From the NCBI RefSeq assembly GCF_018350175.1, contig NC_058368.1, positions 165,294,001-165,358,000 of the forward strand: a stretch of DNA of 64,000 nucleotides, written 5' to 3'. Origin of the DNA: Felis catus (Eukaryota). Under the pieces are notes generated by a model that ran no database searches, was not told the origin of the DNA, and saw only the letters and a list, made by a program, of their open reading frames with translations. Position 1 is the first letter of the stretch. Each line of letters opens with the position of its first letter. Below are positions 1-13,410 of this stretch, piece by piece. Position numbers and translations under genes: made by a program.

Positions 1-89
1 AAATCTGTTGATTCTACTGGTTTTATGTGTCTTGAACTGATCAAACCTACATCATTTCCTAATCGGCCTCCTTCCAATCTCAAGTTTCC

Positions 90-560
90 AAAACATATTC
101 CAAAAACATGATGTATAAATCTATCTAAAATATACATTTAGACACTTCTCTTCCTTGCCAAAAATCTTTCATTGGCTCCAATAGCACTTAGAACAAATTC
201 CAAACTCCTTACTTTTGCATGTAGGGACATTCATAGACTGGCCCCCACCTAAATTTCAAACTTCAAATCTCAACACTTCAACTCCCTCTTAAAACTCCAC
301 CCCCCATCTGTAAATCCCTGTTCCTGCCATGACAGAGTACTTACAGTTACTCAACTTCCTCCTGGAAGTCTTCCATGATTCTGACAGCTAGATTAAGTGC
401 ATTCATATGCACACTCATAACATTCAGGTCTTATCCTATCTGAGCAATCATTATGCTCAAATGTTAGTATATTTATTTTTCTCTCTCATTAAACTATCCA
501 GTACCTAGTATTTTCCCAGATACACATATGTTAGATATCCAGCAGATGGTTTTTTAAATG
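90..560 (+). mobile_element. L2 LINE 3' fragment (ancient)
   Basis: Degenerate L2-like text such as 'tcattggctccaatagcacttagaacaaattccaaactccttac' and an end resembling 'cagtacctagta...ttaaatgaaat'. Recognised by eye; boundaries approximate. Confidence 0.55.
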
Positions 561-1338
561 AAATAGTATTTCAAAACATTTAAAATCCTTGGAAGAAAGA
601 TAAAGTTAACTTTGGGAGATTTATTACCTCACATTACCTCAAATGGAGAATGTATCACATGTAAATAAATCAGGATTTATAATTTAAATTTAATTTAAAT
701 GTATATGTAGAATAGAAATAATGGTCTCAATTAAACCAGTAAGAGATTTTCTATCTTTAACCCAGACTGTGGAAATCTCTGTTTAAGATGAACAACATCT
801 GCATGAAGTCAAGAGTAAGTACTACAGTTTTTACCAAAAATATTTACTGTGTTGTGTACTTTTGGGTCATCAGCCATACATGCTGTCTTCATATTAAATA
901 TCAGCATTGTATTTATCTTTGCCAACTAATCCACAATTCACGAGGTCTGACAACTGGTACAGGCAACTGTGTCTCAGAGTATGCTCATCTACTTAATTAA
1001 CATGACAATAGTCATTCTGGACTGAGAATTATGCATCCAATGAACACTGTCTTGGATATTTAGGAAACTTCTTCCCTTAGGATATCTATTCTTTCTTCTA
1101 TGTCCTTCAGGTACACCAACTTTTTTTTTTCTTGTCCTACCAAGTATATTCCCTTTTCTTCTGAGAAGACTGAACTGTTACTCATGTAATTCTATCCAGT
1201 TTCACAGCTGGATGAGGCTTCTTGGGAAGGGTAGGGACATTTTAATTTATAGGTATAGAGGAGGGAGGGCAGAAAAAGATCATTATCTTGGCCAGTTTTT
1301 GAGGAAAATCATCATTTTTTTAAAAAATACATATTTCA

Positions 1339-1593
1339 GGGACACCTGGCTGGCTCAGTGGATAGAGCATGAAACTCGATCTCAGGTAGGTTTGAATGTC
1401 ATGTTGGGTGTAGAGATTACCTAAAAATGAAGTCTTGGGGTGCCTGGGTGGCTCAGTCGGTTAAGCATCCAACTCTTGGTTTTGGCTTGGGTCAAGATCT
1501 CAGTTCATGAGTTCAAGCCCTGCATCATGCTCTCTTTCTCTCTCTCCCTAAGAATAAATAAACTTTAATAAAGTGAAATCTTTAAAAATAAAT
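1339..1593 (+). mobile_element. Old short CanSINE carrying a second SINE nested in its tail
   Basis: Head 'gggacacctggctggctcagtggatagagcatg', body ending 'gtagagattacctaaaa'; imperfect TSD aaatacatatttca (1325-1338) / aaatatatctttca (1594-1607). Confidence 0.85.
1437..1569 (+). mobile_element. CanSINE nested in the A-tail of the previous SINE
   Basis: 'ggggtgcctgggtggctcagtcggttaagc', (CT)n tract and AATAAA tail; TSD aaaatgaagtctt (1424-1436) / aaagtgaaatctt (1570-1582). Confidence 0.85.
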
Positions 1594-1689
1594 AAATATA
1601 TCTTTCATTATAACATTTCTTTAAAATATCTCTCAAGTGTTATTTTAAATATTGGAATGTATGCTGGGTGGACTGGACAGGAAGTAATG

Positions 1690-1915
1690 TAATAGTAATA
1701 AAGCCTAACTGGAAATTAGGAAGTCAAAGTTAGATATTATTTCACCTGATTTTACTCAATAGCTGTGAGATTTAATATTAGTTACTTGGTTTCCTTAAGC
1801 CTCAGTCTCTTCATATGTAAAATTTGTATAAAACCAACTCCTTTTTTTTTAATTAGAAGTAAATATGATCTACATAATACACTTAGTATAGTGCTTGGTA
1901 CATAGTATTAAGCAA
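1690..1915 (+). mobile_element. MIR SINE
   Basis: MIR core-like 'tagctgtgaga...aagcctcagtctcttcatatgtaaaat' and 3' end 'acacttagtatagtgcttggtacatagta'. Confidence 0.7.
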
Positions 1916-4814
1916 AGAATCTTACATCCATTACCATTAGCAGCCTGTTGTCTCTGTTAAGACACCCTGAAAAATTGGGCTCTAGCCAACAGTGTTTGTA
2001 CTTTAGGGTTCCCGTCTACTAAAATACCTGCTAATTCTTTGGTAGATAATGTAACAAAAAAAAGTCACAGTATATTCTGGGTTCCGCTGCTATCTATTGC
2101 AATCCTAGGACATGTTATTGGTGTTTGTGTTGCTAGAGCCACTGCTGCTACCCTGAAAAGAGAGATTTAAATAAGTGTTTTATTTAATATTATAGATGCA
2201 GGATGATTCCGTATTTAGTTGTGTTTTTTATCGGTGGGAGGGCAGGCAATTAATTTGAGTGTAGCAGTGGGCCTAAGGACCAAAAAAAGTTTTAGAAAAA
2301 CAAAATACTTTCAGAGTCCTGGAAAAGACACTTGGAATAGATATCTCTCCATGCAAAGTATTACTAGCAACACATAAAAGAAATCATTTTGAAAACACAG
2401 AGTATTACTAAGGGCCACATAAAGTGCATACTGTGTCTGCATGTAACAAAGTATACGGGAAAATATTTAGTCAACTGAATCAGTATATGTAATATGTCAT
2501 ATTGAGAACCCAACCTAATTTCTTGTTATTTATCCATGCAGTTACATTTAGCAGTGTCAGCTGAGGTTATTTGGAAGGTAATAGTAGAATCACCAAGATT
2601 TTATTGTTTTCTCTACAAAGTAATAAATCTTTTTTAAAAATCTTTATTTCCTAAATTGCTCATTCAAATTCAATTCAGTTTATGCTCAGTTTGTGTAGAG
2701 AATGACTTCCCTAACCCTATAGGGGCACAGCAAGCCTGGGAAGTGTCTGGAGAGATACCTGTCCTGATATTTCGCTAAGTTCCCCTGACATGTAAAGGGA
2801 GCCAAGGCATTAGTCTAAGGAAGTGTGTACATTAGGGTTTGCTACCTGGTCACTCAGTGGTCCAGCTTCATTCTGGGACCGTTCTAATTAGAAAAAAGAA
2901 AATGATAATACAAAACTATAACACTACTGCTGCTCCAAAATCCTTCAAAGTTTAGAAAGATGGCCTTCTACAGACTAACGGTATCTCACTTCACAATGGT
3001 CAATTTGGAGAATTAGACAAAAGTTGGCTATTATTTCTAATATGACACAAACCTGTAATTATGCCCAAAATGTTTAGGAAGAGGCATCAAGTACATATCA
3101 ATAACATAATTCCTATTAGCTGCTCATAGGATACCTGGAGTTTCATGTGTAAAACAATTTTTACTTTTCCCATCAAGTACATATGGAAATTACCTTGGAT
3201 TTTCATCATTAATTTTCCTATCTTTCTGGTCTCTTAGACTCTCATGTTCTCCAGGAAACCCTCTTTCTTTTTCTACTCTTTTGTTCCTCTTCCATGGCCT
3301 AAAATACAAATAGCCTTACATCTTCAAGTCTCAATGACTTCCTGGATAAGATATAAAGACTTAAGAATTCTCAGAGTAAAACACCTACAGGCAATTATTT
3401 GTATTTTCTTAACTAATATTGATAAATTCTCAGAGTATAACTTTAATTACTTTAACAGAATATCTCTCTTTACCTCTCTTATGAAAGAGACTGTTCACAT
3501 ATAGTAAGTGAACAGAAAGGAACTGAAAGTACTTGGATGACAGGAAAAGAAAGTTTTGTATTGCCTACATATATATTCTCTTTTTGACCCTCAAAGTTAA
3601 TTATTTCTCTCTAAATGCATCTGTAAAACCAATCTATTTGAGAAACCTTGATAAAGACCTTACAAATGATGTGTTCAGGTAACTGACTCAAAACTTTCTA
3701 CCCCTTACTCACAGTATTGATAATTTTGATGGATATAAAGATGTGCTAGATAGAGGTCAAATTTAGGTGACTTCAAGCCTATAAAAAAAAAAGCCTGATT
3801 TCATTTTTGAGTAGATGGAATGGCCTCAGTGGCCTTAAAAGTCACTGCAGTTTTATATGAGGTTTGGCAAATTCCCAGTACTCTGATAGGGACTCATGCA
3901 TAGGCATAGAGTACAAAGGCCCTGTGCAGGTCAAGATGATCTCAGTATTTATGTATTGGCACCAACATTCCATGAAAAATAAATGGCTTATCTTAGCAGG
4001 TCTTTCATATTTGTAAGAAGTCATTTCACTTCATCCTTTTTTTCAGATTAAGGGCTATTAATATTTTTGTATATTTAAGATGCTTACATTCAGTTAATTT
4101 CTACATCATTAATTCACTATGTCTGCCTATTTTGTTTTAAATTACTGTGTTTGTGGAGATAGATGTTTATTTCATTACGATGTTAAAAACATTTTCCCTT
4201 GAATGAGTATCTGAGCAAAAGCTACTTGGTCCTCTTTCTTGATCAGAGTTGGTCACACTCGTAAAAGCTATCATAAGTCTGGAAATACCATAACCAAAAT
4301 GTTTGCTCTATTTTGTTTCTTTTTTTTTTACTAGCTTATTTTGTTTTCACATACTCTAAGACAGATTGTAAGGATATGCCTCTCCACATGCACTGCTTAT
4401 TCACCTCTCCTTTCATTGTGTTGCTTTCTCATAGACACACTATACTTACTTTCAAACTAAGATTTCATTAACTTCCATTCCCCACAAACATAAATTGCTA
4501 CTCTCTACCAGTCATACAAAGTCACATAAAACCTATAAATATGAGGTAGTTGGTTGCCTATATTTCGGCTTTCCCAGTCACTCACAGTACACTAAAGTAC
4601 TCATGCAGTCTGCAATTGGTATTTAGTGAGGAACTATGAAAACTGACTTGCTAAGAATTTAGAGAACAGAGAAGAAAACACACATATACACATGCTAATA
4701 TGAATGGCTATTTCATTCTCCTCAAGAAGCTTGCAATCAAGGATGCATAAGATAAAGATTGAAAGAATGGTGTGAGGAAATTTTTCTTAAGGGATCTTAG
4801 AAAATCTACTAGAA

Positions 4815-4968
4815 CCCTGCTACTCAGTGTTGTCTTCAAACCAACAGAGTTAGTGTCCCTGGTAACTTGTTAGAAATGAAGAATCTCAGGGCCTGCCCCA
4901 AACCTATTGAATCAAATTTTCCATTTTAATAATATCCATTGTTATTAAGCTTTGAGAAGGTTTGTGCT
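4815..4968. mobile_element. MER5A-like hAT-Charlie DNA transposon relic
   Basis: 'cttgttagaaatgaagaatctcagggcctgccccaaacctattgaatcaaa...cattttaa' matches the MER5A core as I recall it. Confidence 0.75.
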
Positions 4969-5317
4969 GGAGGTACCAGGTTCTAAGATGAGATCAAAAG
5001 TTTATGTGTGGAAATGAAGGTATGGGAGTTACATCTTAAATATAGAAAGAAAGAGGGATGAGGCCTAATATCAAAATCACACTGGTTGTACAAAAAAAGG
5101 CATTGTCTTATCCATAGCTTACTCTATTTGATGGGTTATGAGTAGACCATATGGAACGATATCAGAATGATCAGCTTGTCTTTAATATCTGATTGAGTCA
5201 TAAAATGACATATTTTACTAGACAATGTTGTGTATTATACATATTACTACACAAAGTATTAATACTATTAATGTTTTGTTTTTCTCCTAGGAATAAATTT
5301 GCAAGTTACAAACAGAG

Positions 5318-5655
5318 ACTTTCAGTCTATTTGGGCTGCTATAACAAAATACCACAGAATGAGTAGTTTATTCTCACAGCTCTGGAGGCTAGCAAGTCCC
5401 AGATTAATGTATCTGGGTGGTCACTTTTTCTGTGTGAGCTCTCTTCCTGGTTTATACATAGCCAGTGCCTTCTTATTTTCTACCACTTAAGGCAGAAAAG
5501 GCAAGGGATCTCTGTGGTGTCCCAAAAAGAACACTAATCCCATTCACGAGGGCTCTACGCTCATGACCTTAGCACTTTCCAAAAGCATCTTAGGGGGTTA
5601 GACTTTCAACATACCAACGTGGCGGGGGGGGGGCACAAATATCAAGACTATAGCA
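5318..5655 (-). mobile_element. MaLR solo LTR (MLT1A/B-like)
   Basis: 'gggctgctataacaaaataccacaga...tctcacagctctggaggctag...cactaatcccattcacgagggctct...agactatagca' is the reverse-strand form of an MLT1 LTR. Confidence 0.85.
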
Positions 5656-6184
5656 GATACATTCAGAAGTATTATCCAGATCTATTCTCTACTTGTTTTA
5701 ATTATCTACAACTCCAATAGTTCTGGTGATAATAGAAATCATAAATTTTATAATTGAGAAATGGTGGTCACTTGGTTTCTTTTCATCTGCCAGTATTGAG
5801 ATACAAGAATTTTGTTTTTGCTCTATAATATTAAATTATATGAATTTAGATTTTTGTCAGAAACTTTCTTTTTGGCCACTCTACCAGAGAAAACTGAGTG
5901 CTATGGAAAATGAAAGGCCTTCAGTTAATATAAAAAAGGAAATCTTAGCTGATAAAATGTGTGAGTTGATAGAAGGAGCTGTGAGGATATGCTCATTAAT
6001 TTTGTGTAAAAAATTTGAATTTCTAATAAGCCACACTTATGCTTTCTATATTCATATGTCAGTATAATACTCCTATAGGGGTGTGTGTGTAGCATATATG
6101 TGAAAAGTAAGATGATTCATTTTCAGAAATACCAAATAAAAGCTGTGTTATCTAGTTAACAATAGGTTTACAACCTTTTGGAAA

Positions 6185-6608
6185 TGTGTACAATCACCCT
6201 GTCTCCCCACATTGGAGTCCCAAACCCTTAGACACTTCGCTTCCTGGTTCTTATTCCCCTCTCCATTTTGCAGGCTTATTTTTCACGGGCTTTGCAATGA
6301 GCATACGCCAAAGAACTGAAGTCTCTGTGTCACCTCAAGGAATGTACATTTGTTCTAGTCAGATGACTTTTTGCCTTACATGGGCATAGGCAACTTTCAG
6401 GTAATGCTGTAACCTCTGTAGTACTCAACCAATGAAGAACCAGGGAGGGACTTGCAACCTGGGAGATAAATTGCCTGCTGTAATTGCCCTTAGTGTGCCT
6501 GTCCATCAGACACCCACTCTTGCAAGAATGTTGTTTAAAGCCTTACTTCAGTGTGCTCGGGGTCTCTGCGTCCCTCTTTTGATTGGGTCAGTGAGCTTAT
6601 TTCTCACA
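6185..6608 (+). mobile_element. Probable ERV solo LTR (family not assigned)
   Basis: TG...CA ends about 420 bp apart, CCAAT at ~6429 followed by a GATAAA TATA-like box, and U5-like 'ctcggggtctctgcgtccctc...cttatttctcaca'. No clean TSD seen. Confidence 0.55.
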
Positions 6609-6662
6609 ATATATATATTTGATAGCAATAAAAAAAAGGAGCTTTTAAACTGAAAAGGTTTT

Positions 6663-6884
6663 GGGGTGCCTGGGTGGCTCAGTCGGTTAAGCGTCTGACT
6701 TCAGCCAGGTCACGATCTCGCGGTCCGTGAGTTCGAGCCCCGCGTCAGGCTCTGGGCTGATGGCTCAGAGCCTGGAGCCTGTTTCCGATTCTGTGTCTCC
6801 CTCTCTCTCTGCCCCTCCCCCGTTCATGCTCTGTCTTTCTCTGTCCCAAAAATAAATAAAAAAAACGTTGAAAAAAAATAAAAT
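6663..6884 (+). mobile_element. Young felid CanSINE (SINEC_Fc type)
   Basis: CpG-rich intact body 'cagccaggtcacgatctcgcggtccgtgagttcgagccccgcg'; perfect 16-bp TSD aaactgaaaaggtttt (6647-6662 / 6885-6900). Confidence 0.97.
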
Positions 6885-7263
6885 AAACTGAAAAGGTTTT
6901 ATTTTCTAAGTTGAAAAGATTTTACATATATTGTTAACAAATAAGTACTTAGCCAAGGCCTACTTGAGGAAGAGATTCTATCACTGATAGGAAGTAGTTA
7001 CCCAAACACATGCACATTTCCTTTTAAGTGAGTAGACTAACCATTTGAATAAGTGATAATATGTCACCATGTCTAGCAAAATGTATTATAGTCACCTGTT
7101 TGATCTGCGTTTTGACCTATATACATGTCTAGAAGTGAAGTTAATCACATTTCATAGATCTAGATCTTCCCTAAGAAATTATACAAAACAAAGATGCTAC
7201 TAGAAAATCCGCCATCTCACTCAGTTCTAAATTCAATCCAGGACATATGCTCTGCACACAAAT

Positions 7264-7798
7264 TGATGTGAAAATAGGGTTCGGGAGCAAATGGTCAAGA
7301 AAAATTCTTGAGACATCTATGGTTTTATTAAAATAGTGGACAGGACCCATGGGCAGAAAGAGCTGCACTCTAGTTTCAAGTTGCAAGGGGGTTAGAGATA
7401 GCATAAGTCTCTATGAAATTTGGAACCAAGGTTTCCAGGACTTTGAGGGGCTCTGTTGTCAGCCAGAGGAAAAGATCATTTGAGACTGTCTAGTAAAACC
7501 TTAGTCATGAGACCATTCAGATGTATATATCAGTAGGCCATATGTTTGGAGGATGATTGCTCACATATATCTTGTGGTGTGAGTAGAGATAAAGGAAATT
7601 TCCAAGGAGATTTTTACAGCATCCTGGAGGTTGGGCTGATGGCAAGCTAAGGTTGCCTTTTGCCTCCAGCAAAGTATTAACATTGAGGCAGCTGAGCTCC
7701 TTGAGGAAGGTAACTCTGCTTATCTCAAGTACTTGTCAATGGGCTGCAAGTTATAATGAAGTTTAATTCTTTTTCTTTTGCCTTTGTTCTCCACATCA
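7264..7798 (-). mobile_element. Carnivore ERV solo LTR
   Basis: Terminal inverted repeat TGATGTG...CACATCA, flanks caaat/taaat (5-bp TSD with one mismatch), minus-strand AATAAA near 7324. Confidence 0.8.
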
Positions 7799-8206
7799 TA
7801 AATGATCCAAATATTGGCCTAAGTAATTAAGATACCAAAATTAATATAATGGCTCTGTCCTCAGGAAAACTATTAAAGGAAACAAGTATATTTAATTATT
7901 ACACAAATAAGGCTAATTTGAAACTGAAATTATTAATTTCCTATGAGAAAACAGGAAACTCTTGACAGAGGATATAGTATTTAATGATTGTCTTGAAGGT
8001 TTGGTAGGATATCAAAGGTCAGAAGAGAGAGGAAGACTTTTCTGTTCATTAACTTGACAAAGTCCAAGAACTGTGAGCAATCATGGCACATGTAGGAAAT
8101 GGCAAAATTCTGAAGTTACCAGTGGGGAAAGTGTGTTAAGAGGAGAGATGGGGAGAAAAAGAGGAGAAGAAAACAATGCTGAAAATCAGTGAATGGGTTT
8201 AGGGAG

Positions 8207-9548
8207 TGTATTACAATAGGAAATAAGTGTTTGGTCTTTGTCCCTGTTCCTGGCACATACCTCCTAAAAGCCTTGGAATTTCCTAGGTGATGCATGCAAT
8301 AAAGGTGAAAGGACAGTCTTTTTAATTCCTAACAAGCCCTTTCAACCAGATCTGAATTTATGTTAATGAAGTGACTTTTGAAAAGCCCCAGGAATGAGGC
8401 CTTATTGCCAGGGACTATGTGATTACAGGATTGGATCTTTCAGCCCCAACTCCAGGGTGGGGAGAAGGGCTAGAAATTGAATATATTACCAATGACATAA
8501 TTCAATCAACCATGCCTATGTAATAAAGCCTGCATAAGAAACTCATACTGAAGGGGTTCAGATAATATCTGGATTGCTAAACATGTATGGTATTGGGTGA
8601 GCAGCACTCCTGGAAAGATTTAGGAGCCCCTTTGGACCCCTTCCCATATACTTTGCCCTATGTATCTCTGCCATTAGGCTGCTCCTGAGTTATATAACCT
8701 TTTATAATAAACTGCTTATTTGGTAAGTAAACTTCTAGGAAATTATGTGAAGGTGGTGAGAATTTAGGATTTAAATAGTCATTAAGTAGCCAGTTGGTCA
8801 GAAGTACAGGTGGCAACCCAGATTTGTGATTGGCATCTAAAGTAGAAAATTATGGAAAGAGCCTAAATGTCCATCAACTGATGAATGGATAAAGAAGATG
8901 TGGTTTATATACACAATGGAATACTACATGGCAATGAGAAAGAATGAAATATGGCCTTTTGTAGCAACGTGGATGGAACTCTAGAGTGTTATGCTAAGTG
9001 AAATAAGTCATTCGGAGAAAGAGAGATACCATATGTTTTCACTCTTATGTGGATCCTGAGAAACTTCACAGAAGTTCATGGGGGAGGGGAAGAAAAAAAA
9101 AAGAGGTTAGAGAGGGAGGGACCCAAAGCATAAAAGACTCTTAAAAACTGAGAACAAACTGAGGGTTGATGGGGGGGGGGGTGGGAGGGAGGGGAGGGTG
9201 TGTATTGAGGAAGGCACCTGTTGGGATGAGCACTGGGTGTTGTATGGAAACCAATTTGACAATAAATTTCATATTTAAAAATAAATAAATAAAATAAAAA
9301 ATATACTACTGAAAAAAAAGAAAGAAAGAACAAAGAAAGAAAAAAAGAAGGGAGCAGTCTTTACCTCTACAGTCGGCTCTAATTCTGGCAGTTAGTATCC
9401 ACATTGAGTTAAATTGTAAAACACCCAGTTGATGTCCACCAAAAACTGGAGAATTGGTTAGTGTGGGAAATCCCACATAGCTAGTGTCAGAGTATTGAGT
9501 GTGGTAGTAATAGAAACTAGAGTAGGAAATGCTTTTTTTTTTCTTTCA
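8207..9548 (+). mobile_element. MER21-like LTR interrupted by an L1 3' fragment
   Basis: 'ttggtctttgtccctgttcctggcaca...ccttggaatttcct', 'tggtcagaagtacaggtggcaaccc...ggcatct' resumes after the L1 as 'gggagcagtct...acacccagttgatgtcc' and ends in ...TCA. Confidence 0.8.
8847..9345 (+). mobile_element. 5'-truncated felid L1 (3' end and A-rich tail)
   Basis: Closely matches 44211-44632 of the full-length L1 ('aaattatggaaagagcctaaatgtcc...ttgacaataaatt'), with G-rich tract and A tail. Confidence 0.95.
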
Positions 9549-9977
9549 GGTAAAAAAGTCCTACAAATAAGCAGCTATGTCAAATGTTGTGATAACGGAG
9601 GCAAGATATCATAATAATGTATTTTATTTAAATGGGTTCAATAGAAAATGGAGAGAAATTGGAGATAGTATAAATGTTTTTTCAAGGAGTTGAGCTATAA
9701 AGGGAAAGAGAAAAACAGAGTGATAGGATAAAATGGGTTCAAAATATTTACCGTGGTTTGATTGTTGTGAGATATAAATATATGTTGGTTTTCTGATAGG
9801 AATAATGCAGGAAGAAGGGAAATACTGATGATGTCTTTGGGTGCATGATGAAGAAGGAGGAGCTCTGTAGTGCTTTGGCAGTAAAAGGAGATGGACCTTA
9901 GTAAATGGGCCCAGATGGATATTGCTGGGTAAATCATAATACAAAGAGTGAATGAAAATGGAAATTCTTGTAGTGTT

Positions 9978-10105
9978 GGTGCTCCTGGCTGGCTCAGTTG
10001 GAAAAGCATGAGACTCTTGATCTCCGGGTCCTGAGTTCAAGGTCCACGTTGGGTGCAGAGATTACTTAAATAAACAAAACTTAAAGAAAAAGAAAGAAAA
10101 AAGAA
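9978..10105 (+). mobile_element. Old short CanSINE
   Basis: 'cctggctggctcagttggaaaagcatgagactcttgatctccgggtc...gcagagattacttaaa' plus A tail. Confidence 0.85.
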
Positions 10106-10268
10106 TAACATAGTGTCAGTTTATAATGAGGATGAGGAGATTGTAGGAAATTTTAGCTTTTAGAAATGAACAGAAAATATGAAATCCTATTTCATATCTC
10201 ACAGAAAGGATGATGGACTAACCATCAAAATCCTCTCTGGGGGATCAATTATTAAAGTGACCTTAGTA

Positions 10269-10490
10269 GGGGTGCCTGGGTGGCTCAGCTGGTTAAGCGT
10301 CTGACTTCAGCTCAGGTCATGATCCCACAGTTCATGGGTTCAAGCCCCGCATAGGGCTCTGTGCTGGCAGCTCAGAGCCTGGAGTCTGCTTCTGATTCTG
10401 TCTCCCTCTCTCTCTGCCCCTCCCCCACTCACACTCTGTCTCTCTCTCTCTCTCTCAAAAATAAATAAATGTAAAAAAAATTAAATATAA
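10269..10490 (+). mobile_element. Felid CanSINE
   Basis: Full body, (CT)n, A tail; TSD taaagtgaccttagta (10253-10268) / taaaatgaccttagta (10491-10506). Confidence 0.95.
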
Positions 10491-11439
10491 TAAAATGACC
10501 TTAGTAGTAGTATTGTGCATTATTTTGGGGGACAGTGCAACTGACTAAAAGACGAATGGTAAGCCATTAGATGTAAGTAGGTTGTATGGCATAAACACTG
10601 CAAAAGGAAGTCTAGAATCAAGAGTATATGCAGAAAGTTCAAAATGATTGAAAACAGCAGAAAGCTAAAAAGGGAATAAAGTTCATGGGGAGGACGATAA
10701 GAAGTGAATAAAAAGTGTTTGTGTCCTTGGATTTAAAATTCCATTTGAATTAAACATTTGCTGTCAGTGGATTTGGAAAAGCATTGGTATGATAATGGAA
10801 TGGCTGAAGTAGGATGGAAGGCAAGACCATTGGAGGAAATTTGATCATGTAACTGAAAGTAGTACAATTTACACGGATATTGAAATGATCAAGAGTGATA
10901 ATGGGGGTATTATTGGAGAGAGGATAGTGATCCAGGAAATTAATATTCAAGGAAGGAAGAGATGACTACAAGGTGTAGTACCAGGAGACAGAATGCTTAT
11001 GACATGAGATTGAAACTAGAGAAAGAAGATGAAGGAAATATTGACAGAAGAGCTTAAAGAGTAAGGAGGCTTTTATTACTGACCTTGAATTTAAGGTAGC
11101 ACAGTGGGAGATAAGGAAATGGAGAGATGTAGGACATGGGGAAGAGAAGAATATGTATGGGATAATCAACTACAGTCCAGAGAGTAAAGTATGACCTCTG
11201 ATTCTGTTTCTTGTTGTACAGGAAAAAGAATGACAGAGTGTAACTCCTAAGTGTCAAGAGAGAAGGAAAGGTTGGAGAAATCTTGTCAAAACTGAGGGTG
11301 AATTCTGAGGCCCCCATCTAATGTTCCTGACTGAGGTTTGGATTCCTATAGAAAAATATTATTACTTTTAAAATCAGTCAAAGGGACACAGTTATCTTAG
11401 CATGAAAAACACTTTCTTTTAAGTTTAAGAAAATATAGA

Positions 11440-12025
11440 AAAATATCTCTAGGACTTTGTAGTAGACAAAGGTGAATTAAACAGGCACAAATCATAAAAT
11501 GAAAAATGAAAACATGTGCCTACTTTATTCTTCAAAATTCTACTTAAACAAGTAAAGAGATAATTTGCAGGCTGAGAGAAGACATTTCCAATAGTTATGA
11601 CCAGCAAAGGGCTCACAGAGTACTTAAAGAATTCTGACAAAAAGCATAAGAAAATTATAAACTATAGAAAAACAGTAGAAAATACAAATAGTCAATACAT
11701 TTAGGAAGATATCCGAGGGGGGAAAATGTTCAAGTTATTTAGAAAACAAAATTAAAACCACAAGCAATAGGAGAATGATTTATAGCCCAAACCCTCTGTT
11801 TGAGTAAGTATAACCGTTTCACAGTATTAAAGGTTGTAAGGATCTGGACCAAGTGTAAATCTTTTTATGGTGAAAATAAAACTAGTACAATCATATTCAA
11901 AATATATCTGCAATATCTAGTAAAGGTAAAGGTCCCAGTTTTTCATGACTATAAAATCCTACTCTACATATATCTTTTTGAGAAACTCTGACACATACAC
12001 ATGAAGCAGCACTGTTTATGAGAGC
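11440..12025 (+). mobile_element. Ancient L1 (L1M-type) ORF2 3' region, highly decayed
   Basis: 'caggctgagagaagacatttccaa...caaagggct', 'tctgcaatatctagtaaagg', 'gcagcactgttt' follow the order of L1 3' landmarks. Confidence 0.55.
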
Positions 12026-12029
12026 AAGG

Positions 12030-13410
12030 ATTTGGGGGGTCTCTCCAAACTGGTTCATCTCCAGAAGGCCCCTGAATACCAGTGACCCAAAAACTCCTCT
12101 AAAATATGGTTTGTTAATTGCTCCTGTTGTAAAGAAGAAAAAGTTTTCTCAGTATAATTTTAATTAGGCCATCCAACAATCTGTCTACTTTATCTGAAAC
12201 TATCCAATATGTCAACATTCACCTGTCCTCAACTGTTATTCCTATATTCCAACCTTAAAGACACTCTCGCTTCCCCATGTTTCCTCTCTTTATCATTCTG
12301 CCTCCCCATCATGTTCTGACCCTCATTGTTTTTACACACCCTTCCTCAAACCTGTTCAGATTTCCCCCCCTCCCCAATTTCCCAAAGTTACTCAAGATGT
12401 TGGTCCTGCTCCTCTAGGATTCAGACCCAGGGAAGGGAAGTTAGATGACTTTAGCTGCCTTCTCCCCAGCTAATTCTAAGCCATGGTCTGTATCTGATTT
12501 ATATGCAACAATAAAGGACTCCCTTGACCCACCATCTAGGAGGGATTTTCTATAAAATTGAGAGATGGGAGAACATTTCCATCAAAAGCTAATATGAATT
12601 CTATAATACATTCCATAGGACAATTATTTCCATAAACCCTGGATAGCCTCCCCTGAGACAGATTAAAAAAAAAATTATGGCAATTGTGCCTATTGGTATG
12701 TATTGGAGTGGATCCTATTTTCTAATCTTGTTATCCCTTATCAAATCTTCAAGGAGAATACTTTCTTTCTTCACTTTAACTACTCTGTCTGTGACCTCTG
12801 GTCTTTCCAGATACTAGTGATCCTAAAGGTCTATAAAGTATATTACAACTACAAGTTTAGGTATAAAATTCCAATACTAAAAGCAATCTATGAACTTCCT
12901 TTCTTGTCATGTTCCTAAAAAGCCAGAGTAAGAGCCTAAGTAATTGGGAGTAAACCTAAAAGACTTGACTATCATTGCAGATCATTTATGGCCAGTTTGT
13001 GCTTATAGGCTCTACATGAACCACTCAGAAAGTTCACTGGAAATCCTGCAATTTGTACACCCTGCTCTGGGAAATTATCAGAACTCTGGACAATCTTACC
13101 CCAAATAATCAACAGCATTGCCATAGACCTATAAGAACTGTAGTGAATGGTCCTCTATAATCATACAATATTAGACATGATTCTGGCTTCCTAAGGACAC
13201 ACTGTGAAGTAGTTATGCTGACTGCTCTGTATAAGTTCTCCGAAAACACTCTGATGTCTGTGCCCTCACCACTACCATCCTTACTCTACTATTTAAGGAC
13301 ACTTTGGGCCCAATATTCTGAAGACTCTTGACTAGCTCCCTGCAAACCTCAATCTTTTAACTCTTACTCAAACTTTAATACTAATTATTTTTAGTATATT
13401 CTTTTCTGTG
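12030..13410 (+). pseudogene. env: Decayed endogenous retrovirus env gene (possibly preceded by an integrase tail)
   Basis: 13150-13235 translates V-L-Y-N-H-T-I-L-D-M-I-L-A-S-*-G then, after a frameshift, C-E-V-V-x-A-D-C-S-V, i.e. a decayed gamma-type immunosuppressive domain plus CX6CC; hydrophobic 'ILIIFSIFFSVCMC' at ~13378-13420. Confidence 0.7.

Larger units (their letters stand above)
9560..11340 (-). mobile_element. L2 LINE ORF2 relic interrupted by two SINEs
   Basis: Purine-rich plus strand; the minus-strand translation at 10750-10950 contains 'PLSNNTPIITLDHFNIRVN', a decayed APE-endonuclease 'IILGDFNIHVD' motif. Boundaries approximate. Confidence 0.65.

Noticed and set aside
1990..2310. 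Possible hAT-Charlie relic (cagtgttt... to ...gggcctaaggaccaaaaaaagtt)
   Set aside because: Termini too decayed to support a call without a database search.
6663..6740. tRNA-like A and B boxes at SINE heads
   Set aside because: These are the tRNA-derived heads of CanSINEs followed by (CT)n and A tails, not tRNA genes.
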